This document shows, one piece after another, positions 1 through 10,124 of a stretch of 52,531 bases of DNA. Source of the DNA: Opitutia bacterium (lineage in GTDB: Bacteria > Verrucomicrobiota > Verrucomicrobiia > Opitutales > T3Sed10-336); the NCBI GenBank assembly GCA_050506795.1, contig JBJHCF010000040.1, forward strand, positions 1 through 52,531, read 5' to 3'. Numbering within the stretch: position 1 is the stretch's first letter; each line of letters opens with the position of its first letter. Below the pieces are notes generated by a model. That model was not told the origin of the DNA. It did not search any database and was given only the letters and a program-made list of their open reading frames with translations. Position numbers and translations under genes: made by a program.

Positions 1-200
1 CCGGCCACCACCCGGGTCATGCAGTGGTACACCCCGCTCACCTCCCCCAAAACCTTCAGTCGCCTCCGATTCAATCTCATGCCCCATACCCAATCCCACC
101 AAACCAAATCCGTCAATCTTTATTTTGCCTGGCAAATTATCTAGAACGCCAGCGACTTTTCTTGGTTTCTGGTGATACATCGGAAAGGAGTATCCTTCCC

Positions 201-2075
201 ATGCCAATCTTCAGATCGACTTTTTCTCTTCTCCGCCGCATCGATGTCCTTCTGATGATCAGCTTAATCCTGATTCCCGCCGCGGGCCTGGGGCAAACTG
301 GAGAACCACTATTTTCCAATGTCACGGTTCACGATCCATCCGTGGTGCGGGTGGACGGCACCTATTACATCTTCGGATCCCACCTGGCGGTGGCGCGCAG
401 CGATAACCTGATGCAGTGGACCCAGATTTCCACCAACCCCAACAATAGTCCGCTTTTCAACAACCCCTGGGAGGAGCTTTCCAGCGCCGTCGAATGGACC
501 TCCACCAGCACTGACAACGCCGCATTCTGGGCGCCCGACGTCATCCAACTCGGAGACGGCCGTTTTTATTTCTATTACTGCACCGGAATCCTGAGCGGCC
601 CGCGCGGTGCACTCGGTCTGGCGGTGGCTGATCATATTGAAGGACCTTATCAGAATGTAGGGGTGATGCTGCGGTCGTCCGCCTCCGGTTTCAACGCCAA
701 CATCCATCCCAACTCTGTCGACCCCCACACCTTTTTCGATCATCAGGGACGGCTGTGGATGGTTTACGGCTCCTACTCAGGAGGAATCTTCATTTTGCGG
801 ATGGATCCGACCAATGGCCAGATTCTCACCGGACGGGGAGCACCCGACCAGGGCTGGGGCACCCGCCTTACCGGCGGTTACCACCCGCGCATCGAAGCCC
901 CCTACATACTCTACAGTCCCGACACCGGATTCTACTACCTCTTCCTCTCGTTCGGCGGCCTCGGCGCCGACGGAGGGTATCAGATGCGCGTCGCCCGGTC
1001 GGAGAATCCGCACGGACCTTATTTCGACTCCGAGGGCAACAATATGGTTAACGCCGCCGGTACCCCCGGCACCCTCTTCGACGACGACGCAATCGCGCCA
1101 TACGGCGTTAAGTTGATGGGAAATTTCCGTTTCCTTCAGACTTCGGGCGAATCATCGACCTCTACCACAGGGTACGTTTCGCCCGGTCATAACTCGGCCT
1201 TCCACGACAAAGAAACCGGCAAATATTATCTCATCTTTCACACCCGCTTCGTAGGCACCGGCAACCAGCATCGGGTACGGGTACACCAAATGTACATGAA
1301 TGAGGACGGCTGGCCGGTGGTGGCGCCTCACCGTTACGCCGGAGAATTCCTCGACACTTTTTCCGCGGACGATGTGGCCGGCACCTATAAGATCATCAAC
1401 CACGGCAAAGACATAACAACCCAGGTCAAGGAATCCATCCCCTTACTGCTGGCTCCCGATTTCACCATTCGCGAGCCGGCCGACGGACGTCTTCCTCCCT
1501 CACGGGGAACCTGGGAAGTGTCCGGGCGGCACTTCCTCACGCTCATTCTCGACGACGTCGCATATCAGGGCGTGGTCAGCACGCAGTGGGACAACGACAA
1601 CCGGGTCTGGATTCGCGCCTTCAGCGCGCTTTCCGAGGAAGGTGTCGCGCTGTGGGGCAGCCGGGTTTCCTATGAAAACGATCCTCCGCTCCCACAGCTG
1701 GCGTTCTGGCGTTTGCGTCATTTCGGCCAGTCCCGGGCCACCGGAATCGCAGCGGACGATTACGATGCCAATCGCAGCGGCCTTCCCAATCTGGTCGAAT
1801 ACGCCCTGGGGCGGAATCCACTGGCCCTCAATCCGGAGGCACCGGTAAGCCATTCACTGGATAATCCGGAAAGCCGGCTCACCATCAGTTTTCACCGGAT
1901 CGCGGATCCCCACCTCACCTACAAGGTGGAAGCGACCTCCACACTCACCGGAACCTGGGAGCCTATCTGGCACTCAACCGGCGCCGACAATAACGAGGGA
2001 CCCGTCACGGTCCAGGACACGGAGCCGGCATCCGCCAACCAAACCCGTTTCCTGCGCCTCACGGTCAGCCGGTAA
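201..2075 (+). CDS. Secreted GH43 glycoside hydrolase (endo-1,5-alpha-L-arabinanase-like) with C-terminal putative sorting module
   Basis: VHDPS, WAPD, VDP, IEAPY and PGHNS GH43 motifs; signal-like N-terminus; AGGAG at 186-190 supports ATG 201 over the ORF start at 24; ends RFLRLTVSR. Confidence 0.88.
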   Translation: MPIFRSTFSLLRRIDVLLMISLILIPAAGLGQTGEPLFSNVTVHDPSVVRVDGTYYIFGSHLAVARSDNLMQWTQISTNPNNSPLFNNPWEELSSAVEWTSTSTDNAAFWAPDVIQLGDGRFYFYYCTGILSGPRGALGLAVADHIEGPYQNVGVMLRSSASGFNANIHPNSVDPHTFFDHQGRLWMVYGSYSGGIFILRMDPTNGQILTGRGAPDQGWGTRLTGGYHPRIEAPYILYSPDTGFYYLFLSFGGLGADGGYQMRVARSENPHGPYFDSEGNNMVNAAGTPGTLFDDDAIAPYGVKLMGNFRFLQTSGESSTSTTGYVSPGHNSAFHDKETGKYYLIFHTRFVGTGNQHRVRVHQMYMNEDGWPVVAPHRYAGEFLDTFSADDVAGTYKIINHGKDITTQVKESIPLLLAPDFTIREPADGRLPPSRGTWEVSGRHFLTLILDDVAYQGVVSTQWDNDNRVWIRAFSALSEEGVALWGSRVSYENDPPLPQLAFWRLRHFGQSRATGIAADDYDANRSGLPNLVEYALGRNPLALNPEAPVSHSLDNPESRLTISFHRIADPHLTYKVEATSTLTGTWEPIWHSTGADNNEGPVTVQDTEPASANQTRFLRLTVSR

Positions 2076-2139
2076 ACAGCCGACCACACAGGTTAGGTTC
2101 CGGGTGCACACCCGTTGCCACTTTGATTGTGTGTGATTC

Positions 2140-2922
2140 TTATGCCCTGCGCCGCAGCACCCAAATCTCCAACAGCGCCCAATCCTCTCCCGGATAGTTC
2201 TCCTGTTCCAAGGGGGACAGCCTCCGGTGCCGAGATGCCGTACTGCCAACAAAATCCAATTTCTCCAAAAGTAAGCGTTTGGTGGCGTCCGCCTTTTCCA
2301 GTGCAAACGGATTGAGGAAATTGACCAGCAGGTAGCCCGGGCGCGATGGACCGGCAAACCGGTCAATCAAGCCTTCGATAGCGGGCAGATCCAGGTAAAC
2401 CAGCGATGCCGTAGAAATCACCACATCTGCTTCCTCCATGGCTCGCTCGGCCGCCTCCCGCGCATCCTGCGAGGGCGCGTTCAGGTCGGCCTCGATCACC
2501 CGGTCGAAAATTCCGGCCTCTTTGCCGAAGGCCAGGGCAGGGCCGGAGATGTCGACGCCGGTGACTTCGGCCGGTAAACGGCGCGGCTTAAGCGGGGCAC
2601 GGCAGGAGTCGACATCTTCCCAGTTGGTGCGTATTTCATCCACGGTCATCCCGTTGACGAGGGCCAAGGTGGTGTTGCCGAAGCAACAACACAGGTCGAC
2701 AATCTTCAAGGTCTCGCCGGCGGCAACACGCTCTTTGCACCAAGGGCGAATCAGGCGGTCGAAGGTGGCGCGATTAAAGTCGTCGGAGACATAGTCCAGG
2801 GCATCGATGATCCGTTCCTTAAAAGCCACCGGATTCGGCTCGATATAGATATCATCAAAATGCTGCTTCTTTTCGTCGGTCTTAACGCCGGTTTCGCCGG
2901 GTTTACGGGTCGGTTCACTCAT
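2140..2922 (-). CDS. Putative class I SAM-dependent methyltransferase
   Basis: IVDLCCCFG motif-I-like segment, VTGVDIS motif II, IEADLN. Confidence 0.65.
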   Translation of the reverse strand: MSEPTRKPGETGVKTDEKKQHFDDIYIEPNPVAFKERIIDALDYVSDDFNRATFDRLIRPWCKERVAAGETLKIVDLCCCFGNTTLALVNGMTVDEIRTNWEDVDSCRAPLKPRRLPAEVTGVDISGPALAFGKEAGIFDRVIEADLNAPSQDAREAAERAMEEADVVISTASLVYLDLPAIEGLIDRFAGPSRPGYLLVNFLNPFALEKADATKRLLLEKLDFVGSTASRHRRLSPLEQENYPGEDWALLEIWVLRRRA

Positions 2923-3084
2923 CCCCCAAGGCCACCGCGCCCGGCGCGGAAGGTCAAGGGAACTTTCGAGGAGGGGTTAATGGTTAGTGGTTGGTGAGGG
3001 CGAATGGCGTTCGGCTGAGGGGCTTATCGTTAGAAGATCCAATCGGGATCGAATGCCCTGATGAGGATTGGGTTAACGAAACCT

Positions 3085-3120
3085 CGATTCCGATCCCGAT
3101 AGCGATAGCGATCCCGAATG
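3085..3120. repeat. Degenerate CGATNN hexamer tandem repeat (6 units)
   Basis: CGATTC CGATCC CGATAG CGATAG CGATCC CGAATG in an intergenic region. Confidence 0.7.
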
Positions 3121-3163
3121 GAAACCTGAACCGAGTGCCATTCTGATCAGACCCTTGTTTCTC

Positions 3164-4351
3164 TCATTCGCTCTCGATTTCCTTGAACAGCGCGAAGACG
3201 AGCACGCGGGCCGCCCAGACCACCGCCGCGGCGATCCAGAAAGCCACGGACACCCAGATAAATGTCAGGTAGTGCGCGGGCCAGGTGTCGGCCGCCAGGC
3301 GCATGGCGACAGCGGTCAGGGTCAGCACCAGGACCGTCCCGGCCCACGGAAGGGTGGTACGGAATCGGTCGATCTCGCCCCCATGTCCGTACAACACCCG
3401 GGTGGCCACAAGGAAAGTCAACATCCCAAACCCAGCCATGAAAGTGATGTGCAGGCCGGGCAGTCTCCAGGACCCCGCCGCCGGGAAAACCAAGAGCCCG
3501 ATCACCAGCCCCGCCAAACCGACCCGCACGGCGAGAGGGTACCACCCGCCGGCTTCGTTCTTTCGCCAGAACGGAACCGTCAGAAAAAGGAAAAGCACCA
3601 CCGCCGCCGCCCGGAGCCAGGCGCCGGCCTGGGCATGCAGCCAGGTTTCGACCCAGAATCCGGCAAAAATCACCAGTCCGGCCAAAAATGCCAGGAACGC
3701 CCGGCGACGCCATTCCGGAGTGGGAGCGGGATTTCCGGGGAAGGTCACCTTCATGGGGGCATAACCCAGCAGCCGGGGAAAAAGGAAGGTGCCGATGCCG
3801 AGCATGGGACAAAGGAGAAACCCCTGGTACAGCAAATCGGCGCCCAGCCGCCCCCATGTGCCCTCCAAACCCAAAACCGGCATTCCCAGCAACAACAGCA
3901 GACCGGCAAACAAGTGGACGAACCCCCACAAAACCAACACGAATGCCGGAGGCGGCAAATCCTGACGCCGCGGGAAACGCCGAGCCAGGGCCAGCACAAA
4001 CCCGGCAAAGAGCGCCAGGAAAAAGGCGTCACCCGCCGTCACCCAGAGACCGGCATAGGCCAGCACCCCCGCCACCCACAGCAGCGCAAAGCCCCACAAT
4101 TCCAGGCGACTGAAAGGCGCCACTTCGAGCATACGCGGCAGGGCCGTTCCCAGGAACCCGACCACAAAAGCGCCGATGAATCCCAGAATCATCAGGCGCG
4201 CGTGGGCCGCACCCGGATAAAACGGATACACGTCCGCGAAATACAACGGCCACATGGCTACCGCGAACACCCCCGCCAGCCAACCGAGCGGAAAAAACAA
4301 CCTGAACGGTTCCCCCTGAAAATCCGAAACCTTGATCCACTCTCGTTCCAT
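3164..4351 (-). CDS. NnrS family membrane protein
   Basis: EPFRLFFP, HARLM..GF..AF..GFL.TA.P, LH...GF...VATRV..GH motifs; polytopic hydrophobicity. Confidence 0.8.
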   Translation of the reverse strand: MEREWIKVSDFQGEPFRLFFPLGWLAGVFAVAMWPLYFADVYPFYPGAAHARLMILGFIGAFVVGFLGTALPRMLEVAPFSRLELWGFALLWVAGVLAYAGLWVTAGDAFFLALFAGFVLALARRFPRRQDLPPPAFVLVLWGFVHLFAGLLLLLGMPVLGLEGTWGRLGADLLYQGFLLCPMLGIGTFLFPRLLGYAPMKVTFPGNPAPTPEWRRRAFLAFLAGLVIFAGFWVETWLHAQAGAWLRAAAVVLFLFLTVPFWRKNEAGGWYPLAVRVGLAGLVIGLLVFPAAGSWRLPGLHITFMAGFGMLTFLVATRVLYGHGGEIDRFRTTLPWAGTVLVLTLTAVAMRLAADTWPAHYLTFIWVSVAFWIAAAVVWAARVLVFALFKEIESE

Positions 4352-4397
4352 GCCCCTATCCTACTGAAATTGCTCCGGGAACGCATTGACCCGGATC

Positions 4398-4433
4398 AAA
4401 AAAAAGCCTCTCCCGCCAAGGGAAAGGCTTTTT
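4398..4433. terminator. Intrinsic terminator downstream of tRNA-Gly
   Basis: AAAAAGCCTcTCCC-gccaa-GGGAAAGGCTTTTT hairpin with A/T tracts on both sides. Confidence 0.8.
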
Positions 4434-4439
4434 GTTCGG

Positions 4440-4512
<73 letters not shown>

Positions 4513-4575
4513 ACGTGGAAAACGGTAATTTCCGGAATGGCGGACGCTCTGTCAACACGATTCCCGCATGAATTT

Positions 4576-5784
4576 TCAGGTTTCCTCCCGGCTTTTGAGG
4601 AGGCGGGCCCGGCGGTGTTTCTGGGTGAACTGCAGGAAGATGACCGTGCCCACGCCTTCCTGGCTTTCGATGCCGACCTGGCCCCCGTGGTCTCGCATGA
4701 TCCGCTGGACGATCATCATCCCGAGACCGTGCCCCTTCTTCTTGGACGTGTAATAGGGTTCAAAGACCTTGGAAAGGTTGTCGCGACTGATGCCCGCACC
4801 GGTGTCCGCAATCTGAATAAAAACGGAGGTGTCGTCGCTGGAAGCCCGCACCCGGAGGCGTCCGCCGGACTCCATGGCATCCATGGCGTTGCGGAAAATG
4901 TTAAAAAACACCTGTTTAAGCTGATTCCGATCGCCCAGAATGACCGGAAGGTCGCGGTTGAGCTCGACATCGACCTGAATGCCCCGATCGGAAAGCTCGC
5001 TGGCCTGGGTGCGCAGAACCTCCTCGATCAGATCGAGAAGGCGGACATCCTGGAAATCGGGCGGGCTGGGACGAATGGCCTTGAGAAAGTGGCTGATGAT
5101 ACCGTCGAGCCGCGCCACCTCCCCGGAACAGATATCGACTGATTCCCGGATCTTTTCGGCGGCGGGCGAGTGATCCAGCTTTTTCAGCTTTCTCTGGATC
5201 AATTGCAGATGAATGTTGATGGTGTTGAGCGGGTTGCCCAATTCGTGAGCCACCCCGCCAGCCAGCAGCAGGAGGGAGGAGATCTTCTCGTTCTCGATCA
5301 TTTCCTCGGTGGACGATTTCTCGGCGGTGATATCGTGCAGGATCACGGCGAAATGACCCGTTTCCTGTTCGTCCAGCTCATCGTGTTCGGGCGATTCCTC
5401 GCGGAAAGGCACGATGTAGAGACGGAGGTAGCGCGTTTCCGGATAACTGATCTCGATCTCCCGAAGGAGCAACGGCAACCGCGGTCGCAAGGCGTCGAGA
5501 TTGGTTTCCAGGCTCATGGCCAGGTCCGGCACCAGTTTCCAAAGGGTAATTTTTCCGATTTCATGATCCTTGAGCCCGATAAGGCGGGTGGAGGCCTCGT
5601 TGGCGTACTCGATAACGCCGTGCCGGTCGATCACCAAAATCCCTTCGCGGACCGTGTTAAATACCGCCTCAAGCAGGTTTCTCTCCCGGGCGAGGCGCTG
5701 CACGAGATTCGTCAGATTAACCGAATCCAGGTTCTCCAACCTGCCCAGGACCCGATCCAGTGAACTCATTTTTTTGGCAACCAT
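4576..5784 (-). CDS. PAS-domain sensor histidine kinase (NtrB-like), cytoplasmic
   Basis: PAS-like segment (VREGILVID...YAN), H-box AHELGNPL, N-box NIFRNA, G1 DTGAG, G2 GHGLG; GGGAGG upstream of ATG 5784. Confidence 0.92.
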   Translation of the reverse strand: MVAKKMSSLDRVLGRLENLDSVNLTNLVQRLARERNLLEAVFNTVREGILVIDRHGVIEYANEASTRLIGLKDHEIGKITLWKLVPDLAMSLETNLDALRPRLPLLLREIEISYPETRYLRLYIVPFREESPEHDELDEQETGHFAVILHDITAEKSSTEEMIENEKISSLLLLAGGVAHELGNPLNTINIHLQLIQRKLKKLDHSPAAEKIRESVDICSGEVARLDGIISHFLKAIRPSPPDFQDVRLLDLIEEVLRTQASELSDRGIQVDVELNRDLPVILGDRNQLKQVFFNIFRNAMDAMESGGRLRVRASSDDTSVFIQIADTGAGISRDNLSKVFEPYYTSKKKGHGLGMMIVQRIMRDHGGQVGIESQEGVGTVIFLQFTQKHRRARLLKSREET

Positions 5785-5878
5785 ACCCTCCCTTGTATTT
5801 CGGTTCGGCGAAGGCGGAATTCCGTCGAATCGAAATTCCGCTCTTCCAACCTTTCGCAAAATCCTCTCTTATGAAAAC

Positions 5879-7051
5879 ATGAAAATCACAGCCGTCACTC
5901 CCCTGGTGCTGGGCACAGCCTGGCGGGACCTCCTTTTCGTCAAGGTCGAAACCGATGAAGGCATCACCGGTTTCGGGGAAGTGCGACCCGTCAACAAAAC
6001 CGATGCCGTCATCGCCTACCTGCGCGAAGCGGCGCCGCGCTACGCCCTCGGTCGGGACCCATTCGACACCGAGCGACTGGTCTACGAAATGATGACGGGG
6101 GACTTCGGCCGTCCGGGTGAAGTCGCCATGTCCTCTCTCGCCTGCCTCGAGATTGCCTGTTGGGACATCAAGGGAAAAGCTCTGAATCAGCCGGTGTACC
6201 GCCTTCTGGGCGGCGCGGTCCGTGACCGAATCAAACTTTACGCCAACGGCTGGTACCGTACGGAACGCACTCCGGAAGCCTTCGCCGAGGCGGCCCGGGC
6301 CGCAGTGGCCAAAGGGTACCGCGCCTTGAAGTTCGACCCATTCGGCGATTCGTTCTACGAGTTCACCGGGGAGGAAAAAAGGATTTCGATAGCCCTGGTC
6401 GCCGCCGTGCGGGAAGCCGTGGGGACCGACGTGGACCTGCTCATCGAGATGCACGGACGCTTCACCGTGGCCGGCGCGGTGGAGATGGCGCGGGAACTCG
6501 CCCCGTTCAAACCCGGGTGGTTCGAGGAACCGGTCCCCCCGGAAAACCTGAAAGCCCTAAAAAAGTTCATGGATGCCGTGGCCCCGCTGGGTATCCCGGT
6601 AGCCACCGGGGAACGCATCCACACCCCCTGCGACACCCGCGAATTGTTCGAACTGCAGGCCTGCGACATCCTGCAAACGGACATCACCCACTTCGGCGGA
6701 TTGGCGAACACCAAAAAAATCGCGGCCCAGGCGGAGTACCACTACATGCGGATGGCTCCGCACAATGTCGGCGGCCCCGTATCGACCGCCGCCGCGCTTC
6801 ATTTGGCCGCCTGTACCCCGAACGTAATGATCCAGGAAAATTTCAACGACTTCGACGAGAGCTACGTCATGGAGGCGGCGCCTGGGGTTCCGGAGATCGA
6901 ATTCGACGGCTGCGTGTCCCTGCCTTCGGGACCGGGGCTCGGGGTCACGGTCGACGAGTCCGTTATCGCGGCTCATCCCTCCGACCTCAATCACTTCAGC
7001 CTCTACACCAAGGACTGGCAGAAGCGCGTCAGCGTCGCGCGCAAACACTGA
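5879..7051 (+). CDS. Mandelate racemase/enolase-superfamily dehydratase (galactonate dehydratase-like)
   Basis: VKVETDEGITGFGE, WDIKGKAL..PVY.LLGG..RD, KFDPFG, EMHGR, WFEEP, ATGER, APHN. Confidence 0.88.
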   Translation: MKITAVTPLVLGTAWRDLLFVKVETDEGITGFGEVRPVNKTDAVIAYLREAAPRYALGRDPFDTERLVYEMMTGDFGRPGEVAMSSLACLEIACWDIKGKALNQPVYRLLGGAVRDRIKLYANGWYRTERTPEAFAEAARAAVAKGYRALKFDPFGDSFYEFTGEEKRISIALVAAVREAVGTDVDLLIEMHGRFTVAGAVEMARELAPFKPGWFEEPVPPENLKALKKFMDAVAPLGIPVATGERIHTPCDTRELFELQACDILQTDITHFGGLANTKKIAAQAEYHYMRMAPHNVGGPVSTAAALHLAACTPNVMIQENFNDFDESYVMEAAPGVPEIEFDGCVSLPSGPGLGVTVDESVIAAHPSDLNHFSLYTKDWQKRVSVARKH

Positions 7052-7077
7052 CTCGGCGACCGGGTCCGATCCGGGGG

Positions 7078-8160
7078 TCACCTGTCGGGCCCGAATCCTC
7101 TTCCGAAACAATACGCGGGAAAGCGCAGCACGTTCTCCAGGGGACCACGCTGAAACCTCCGGCGCCAGACAACGGCAAACAACATCGCTCCGAGGGTGAA
7201 GAGTCCGACGGTGATAAACGCCGATTCCACAGTGTTCGATTTCACTCCCGGCGCAGCGTCGAGCAGCAACAAATGACTCACGTACGCGGTCAATGCCAGC
7301 TGGCCCATGGCCGCGAGCGGCCAAAGAAGGCGCCCCAGTAGATCAGTAAGGCTCAGACAGACCGCCAGCAAGGCCGTCGCGGTGGCCGTGCCTCCGATCA
7401 ACCAAACACACATCTGACTGTGGGGGGTGGCGTCCGCCAACGCCCACCAACCCGTATCCGGAGACAGGATACCAAGAACCAAAGCGAGAACAGCGACAAT
7501 CGCTCCCCCCAGGAACAAACCAATCCGCGTTCCGCCCGCATTCAGCGCCCGCCGTCCCAACCACATACCAAAAAGGAACGGCGCCATCCAAACCATGGCC
7601 GGATAGGAGCCGGTAAAGAGCAGTTCGCGTAAAATCAACGCGGGGGGGTCGGTCAAGGTCACCGGATCGTACCGCACCACCCATTCCGGCCTGGCCCGCT
7701 CGATCAGGTGGTACGCGGCGGGTCCCGCCAGGCTCAGGGCGCCCGCAAGCGCGAGCAGGATTCGGCCGGGAAGAAAGGTCGCCGGCGCCGCCAACACAAA
7801 GAACATGGCGTAGTAATGCAGGATCACCAACGGACCGATATCCAACATTTGCAAGCCCAGTCCAAGCGGCAGGAGCACCGCGACGCGACCAACGAGCAGC
7901 GGCCAGGCCCGCCGCCATTTGGTCTGCCCGTACTGTCCGGCCATGAGCGTCATACCGACTCCGGCCAGGACCACAAAAAGCAAAGAGGCCCGCCCATGGG
8001 AAAGGCCATACACCCACTCCCGCCAATTCTCTGCCACGAGGTTATAGGGACCAAAATGCACCATGACCATGCCCACGATCGCCAGCGCCCGAGCCGTATC
8101 CAGTCCTACGATACGCCTTTCGGCGCCGTCAGGGAGGTGGGATATCGGTTCGGAAACCAT
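7078..8160 (-). CDS. DUF418/heparan-alpha-glucosaminide N-acetyltransferase-like membrane protein
   Basis: RIVGLDTARALA, GRASLLF..LAG, ILHYYA, GQLALTAYV.H, RGPLE motifs. Confidence 0.8.
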   Translation of the reverse strand: MVSEPISHLPDGAERRIVGLDTARALAIVGMVMVHFGPYNLVAENWREWVYGLSHGRASLLFVVLAGVGMTLMAGQYGQTKWRRAWPLLVGRVAVLLPLGLGLQMLDIGPLVILHYYAMFFVLAAPATFLPGRILLALAGALSLAGPAAYHLIERARPEWVVRYDPVTLTDPPALILRELLFTGSYPAMVWMAPFLFGMWLGRRALNAGGTRIGLFLGGAIVAVLALVLGILSPDTGWWALADATPHSQMCVWLIGGTATATALLAVCLSLTDLLGRLLWPLAAMGQLALTAYVSHLLLLDAAPGVKSNTVESAFITVGLFTLGAMLFAVVWRRRFQRGPLENVLRFPAYCFGRGFGPDR

Positions 8161-8318
8161 TTGGTTAATTCTCCGCGCCGGAATATTTAAAGGCAAGGCG
8201 ATCCGCCAAACGGCCGGAGAAGCGATCAAATCCAACAACAAACGCGATCGCAACACCGAAGAAAGGGCGCTCAGAGGCCCCGGGGAAAGACGCGATCGGA
8301 TAAAAGCAAATCACACTC

Positions 8319-9872
8319 CTATTCCATGGAGAGCGAATTCCCGCTCCCCGCGCCGAGATTCCGCAGGAGGAGGACGCTCGCTTTCCCCTCCAAAAGCTGT
8401 TGGTAACGAGGCATCTCTTCCTCGGGAATCGCCATGGGCACCTCGGCGGCTCCGAGAAGGAGGTCCGTATTCCCATCCCCGGTGGCGTCGGCGGCCACCA
8501 CGCGCATCCAGCGGTTCCAATAACGGTCGTCGATACCGGCCCGCTCGATGGTTCCGTCCTCCTGCTGGAGCAGCATGAGAAAGGTGAGAGGGACCTCGTC
8601 GCGCCAATCGGGATAGAATGAAGTCACCGCCAAATCAACTTTGCCGTTGCCGGTGAAATCTCCCGCCGCCAGATCCATGGCGCCGGGAAACGGCTCGAAG
8701 TGGATCTCCTCGAACTGCAAATCACCCTGGTTGATGAGAATGCGGATGCCGTGATCATGTTTGATCGGACGTCCGCGCATTTCCAGGTTGTTGCCGGCCA
8801 ACTCGACAATGTCGGGCTTACCGTTGCCGTTCCAGTCGACGATCATGCAGCGGTTATACCCCCAGCCTACCGGACGTTCGACCAGAACCTCCCGCTTGAA
8901 CTGACGGTTCCCCTGATTCATAAAAGCCAAAATGCGCGGCCTTTGGTTGGCCACGGAAATGACCACGTCCAGCAACCCATTGCCGTTGAGATCGACAACC
9001 TCTCCCCAGGTCGCTCCCGGTTCGGTGAACAGCACCTGTTCCTCGAATTCCCAGTCCGGAGCACCCCACCAAATCCCAACGCGGCCCTCGGGATAATCGC
9101 CGAATCCGCAGACAAACAGGTCGGGATGTCCGTCGCCGTCAATATCGCGTGTCCGGTGCGAAACGATGCGGTGGTGGCGCTCCACCAGAATACGCCGCGT
9201 CGCCCGGCCCAGGTGAAATTCCACCACCTGCCCCTGCCTCACATCCTGCCCCAGATTTCCCATCAGAGCGATGCGATGGGCATCACCGACCATTTCGAGC
9301 TCCACCGGCTCGGTATGCACCGGCACCGATATCGGAGCCTCGCCGCGCCGCAGGATCTGCAACCCGGGTGGCTGCGACGATCCGATGAAGATAATCTGCT
9401 CTTCGGGATCGACCCCCACCATGCTGATCACCGGCGGCAGGTGATGAAATTCCACCGGCTCGAACAGCGTTGATACCGGCGGGATTTCAAGCCGCGCGGG
9501 TGCCTCATATTGCCGGGCGGATTCCACTAGATAATAGTTCCGAATGGCGTCAAAATCCCGGTAGGGAATCAGCGGCACCGAGGGCATTCCATCCTGCCCC
9601 ACCAAAGCCGGGTGAATCGGCACCTCCGGCGCGTGCCCCAGGAAGGTGCCCATCCAAGAGATAAGGTAGCGCCACTCCTCGGGCGGGAGATAGGAAGGAG
9701 ACGGAATGGTGTGGCAGATCCCGCAAGCGGTGGCCAACAACATTTCCATTTCCGCGCTCCCGGCCAGCGGAAGCGGCTGCTGTTCGGGTTGGGGCGAACA
9801 GCCGAAAAAAACCAGACCGGAAAAAGCAAGACTCCGGGATAAAAGCGAAACGCGCATCGATTCAGGAATCAT
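8319..9872 (-). CDS. FG-GAP/VCBS-repeat lipoprotein with N-terminal CxxCH heme motif
   Basis: FFGC lipobox-like, CGICH, several DxxGDGxxD/DxNGNGxxD repeats; start could also be 9857. Confidence 0.75.
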   Translation of the reverse strand: MIPESMRVSLLSRSLAFSGLVFFGCSPQPEQQPLPLAGSAEMEMLLATACGICHTIPSPSYLPPEEWRYLISWMGTFLGHAPEVPIHPALVGQDGMPSVPLIPYRDFDAIRNYYLVESARQYEAPARLEIPPVSTLFEPVEFHHLPPVISMVGVDPEEQIIFIGSSQPPGLQILRRGEAPISVPVHTEPVELEMVGDAHRIALMGNLGQDVRQGQVVEFHLGRATRRILVERHHRIVSHRTRDIDGDGHPDLFVCGFGDYPEGRVGIWWGAPDWEFEEQVLFTEPGATWGEVVDLNGNGLLDVVISVANQRPRILAFMNQGNRQFKREVLVERPVGWGYNRCMIVDWNGNGKPDIVELAGNNLEMRGRPIKHDHGIRILINQGDLQFEEIHFEPFPGAMDLAAGDFTGNGKVDLAVTSFYPDWRDEVPLTFLMLLQQEDGTIERAGIDDRYWNRWMRVVAADATGDGNTDLLLGAAEVPMAIPEEEMPRYQQLLEGKASVLLLRNLGAGSGNSLSME

Positions 9873-10124
9873 CTCAATCCAACCGGGAGCGACGGAAAAA
9901 CAGCGGTGGAGAAAACACCCTTTTCTTCTAGGAAACGGCCTTGAAGCTGTCAAGGAAAGCGTGAATTCAAAAGAGCCGGTGATCCCGCGGCACGCGCTAA
10001 ATAAAAAGGCCTCAAAGTCTCTCGCCGCGGAGGCGTTTTGTTTTGTCTTACCCGATCCGCTCCGCCATTTTTAAATTTCCTCAGAAAACATCTCCCAACG
10101 CTCATTAGTCGATGAGCCTTCCAC

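Noticed and set aside
5570..5878. N-terminal extension of the dehydratase ORF (likewise 24-200, 17598-17756 and 24211-24450 for other genes)
   Set aside because: Family motifs begin at downstream ATGs, and most extensions overlap neighbouring genes or a tRNA.
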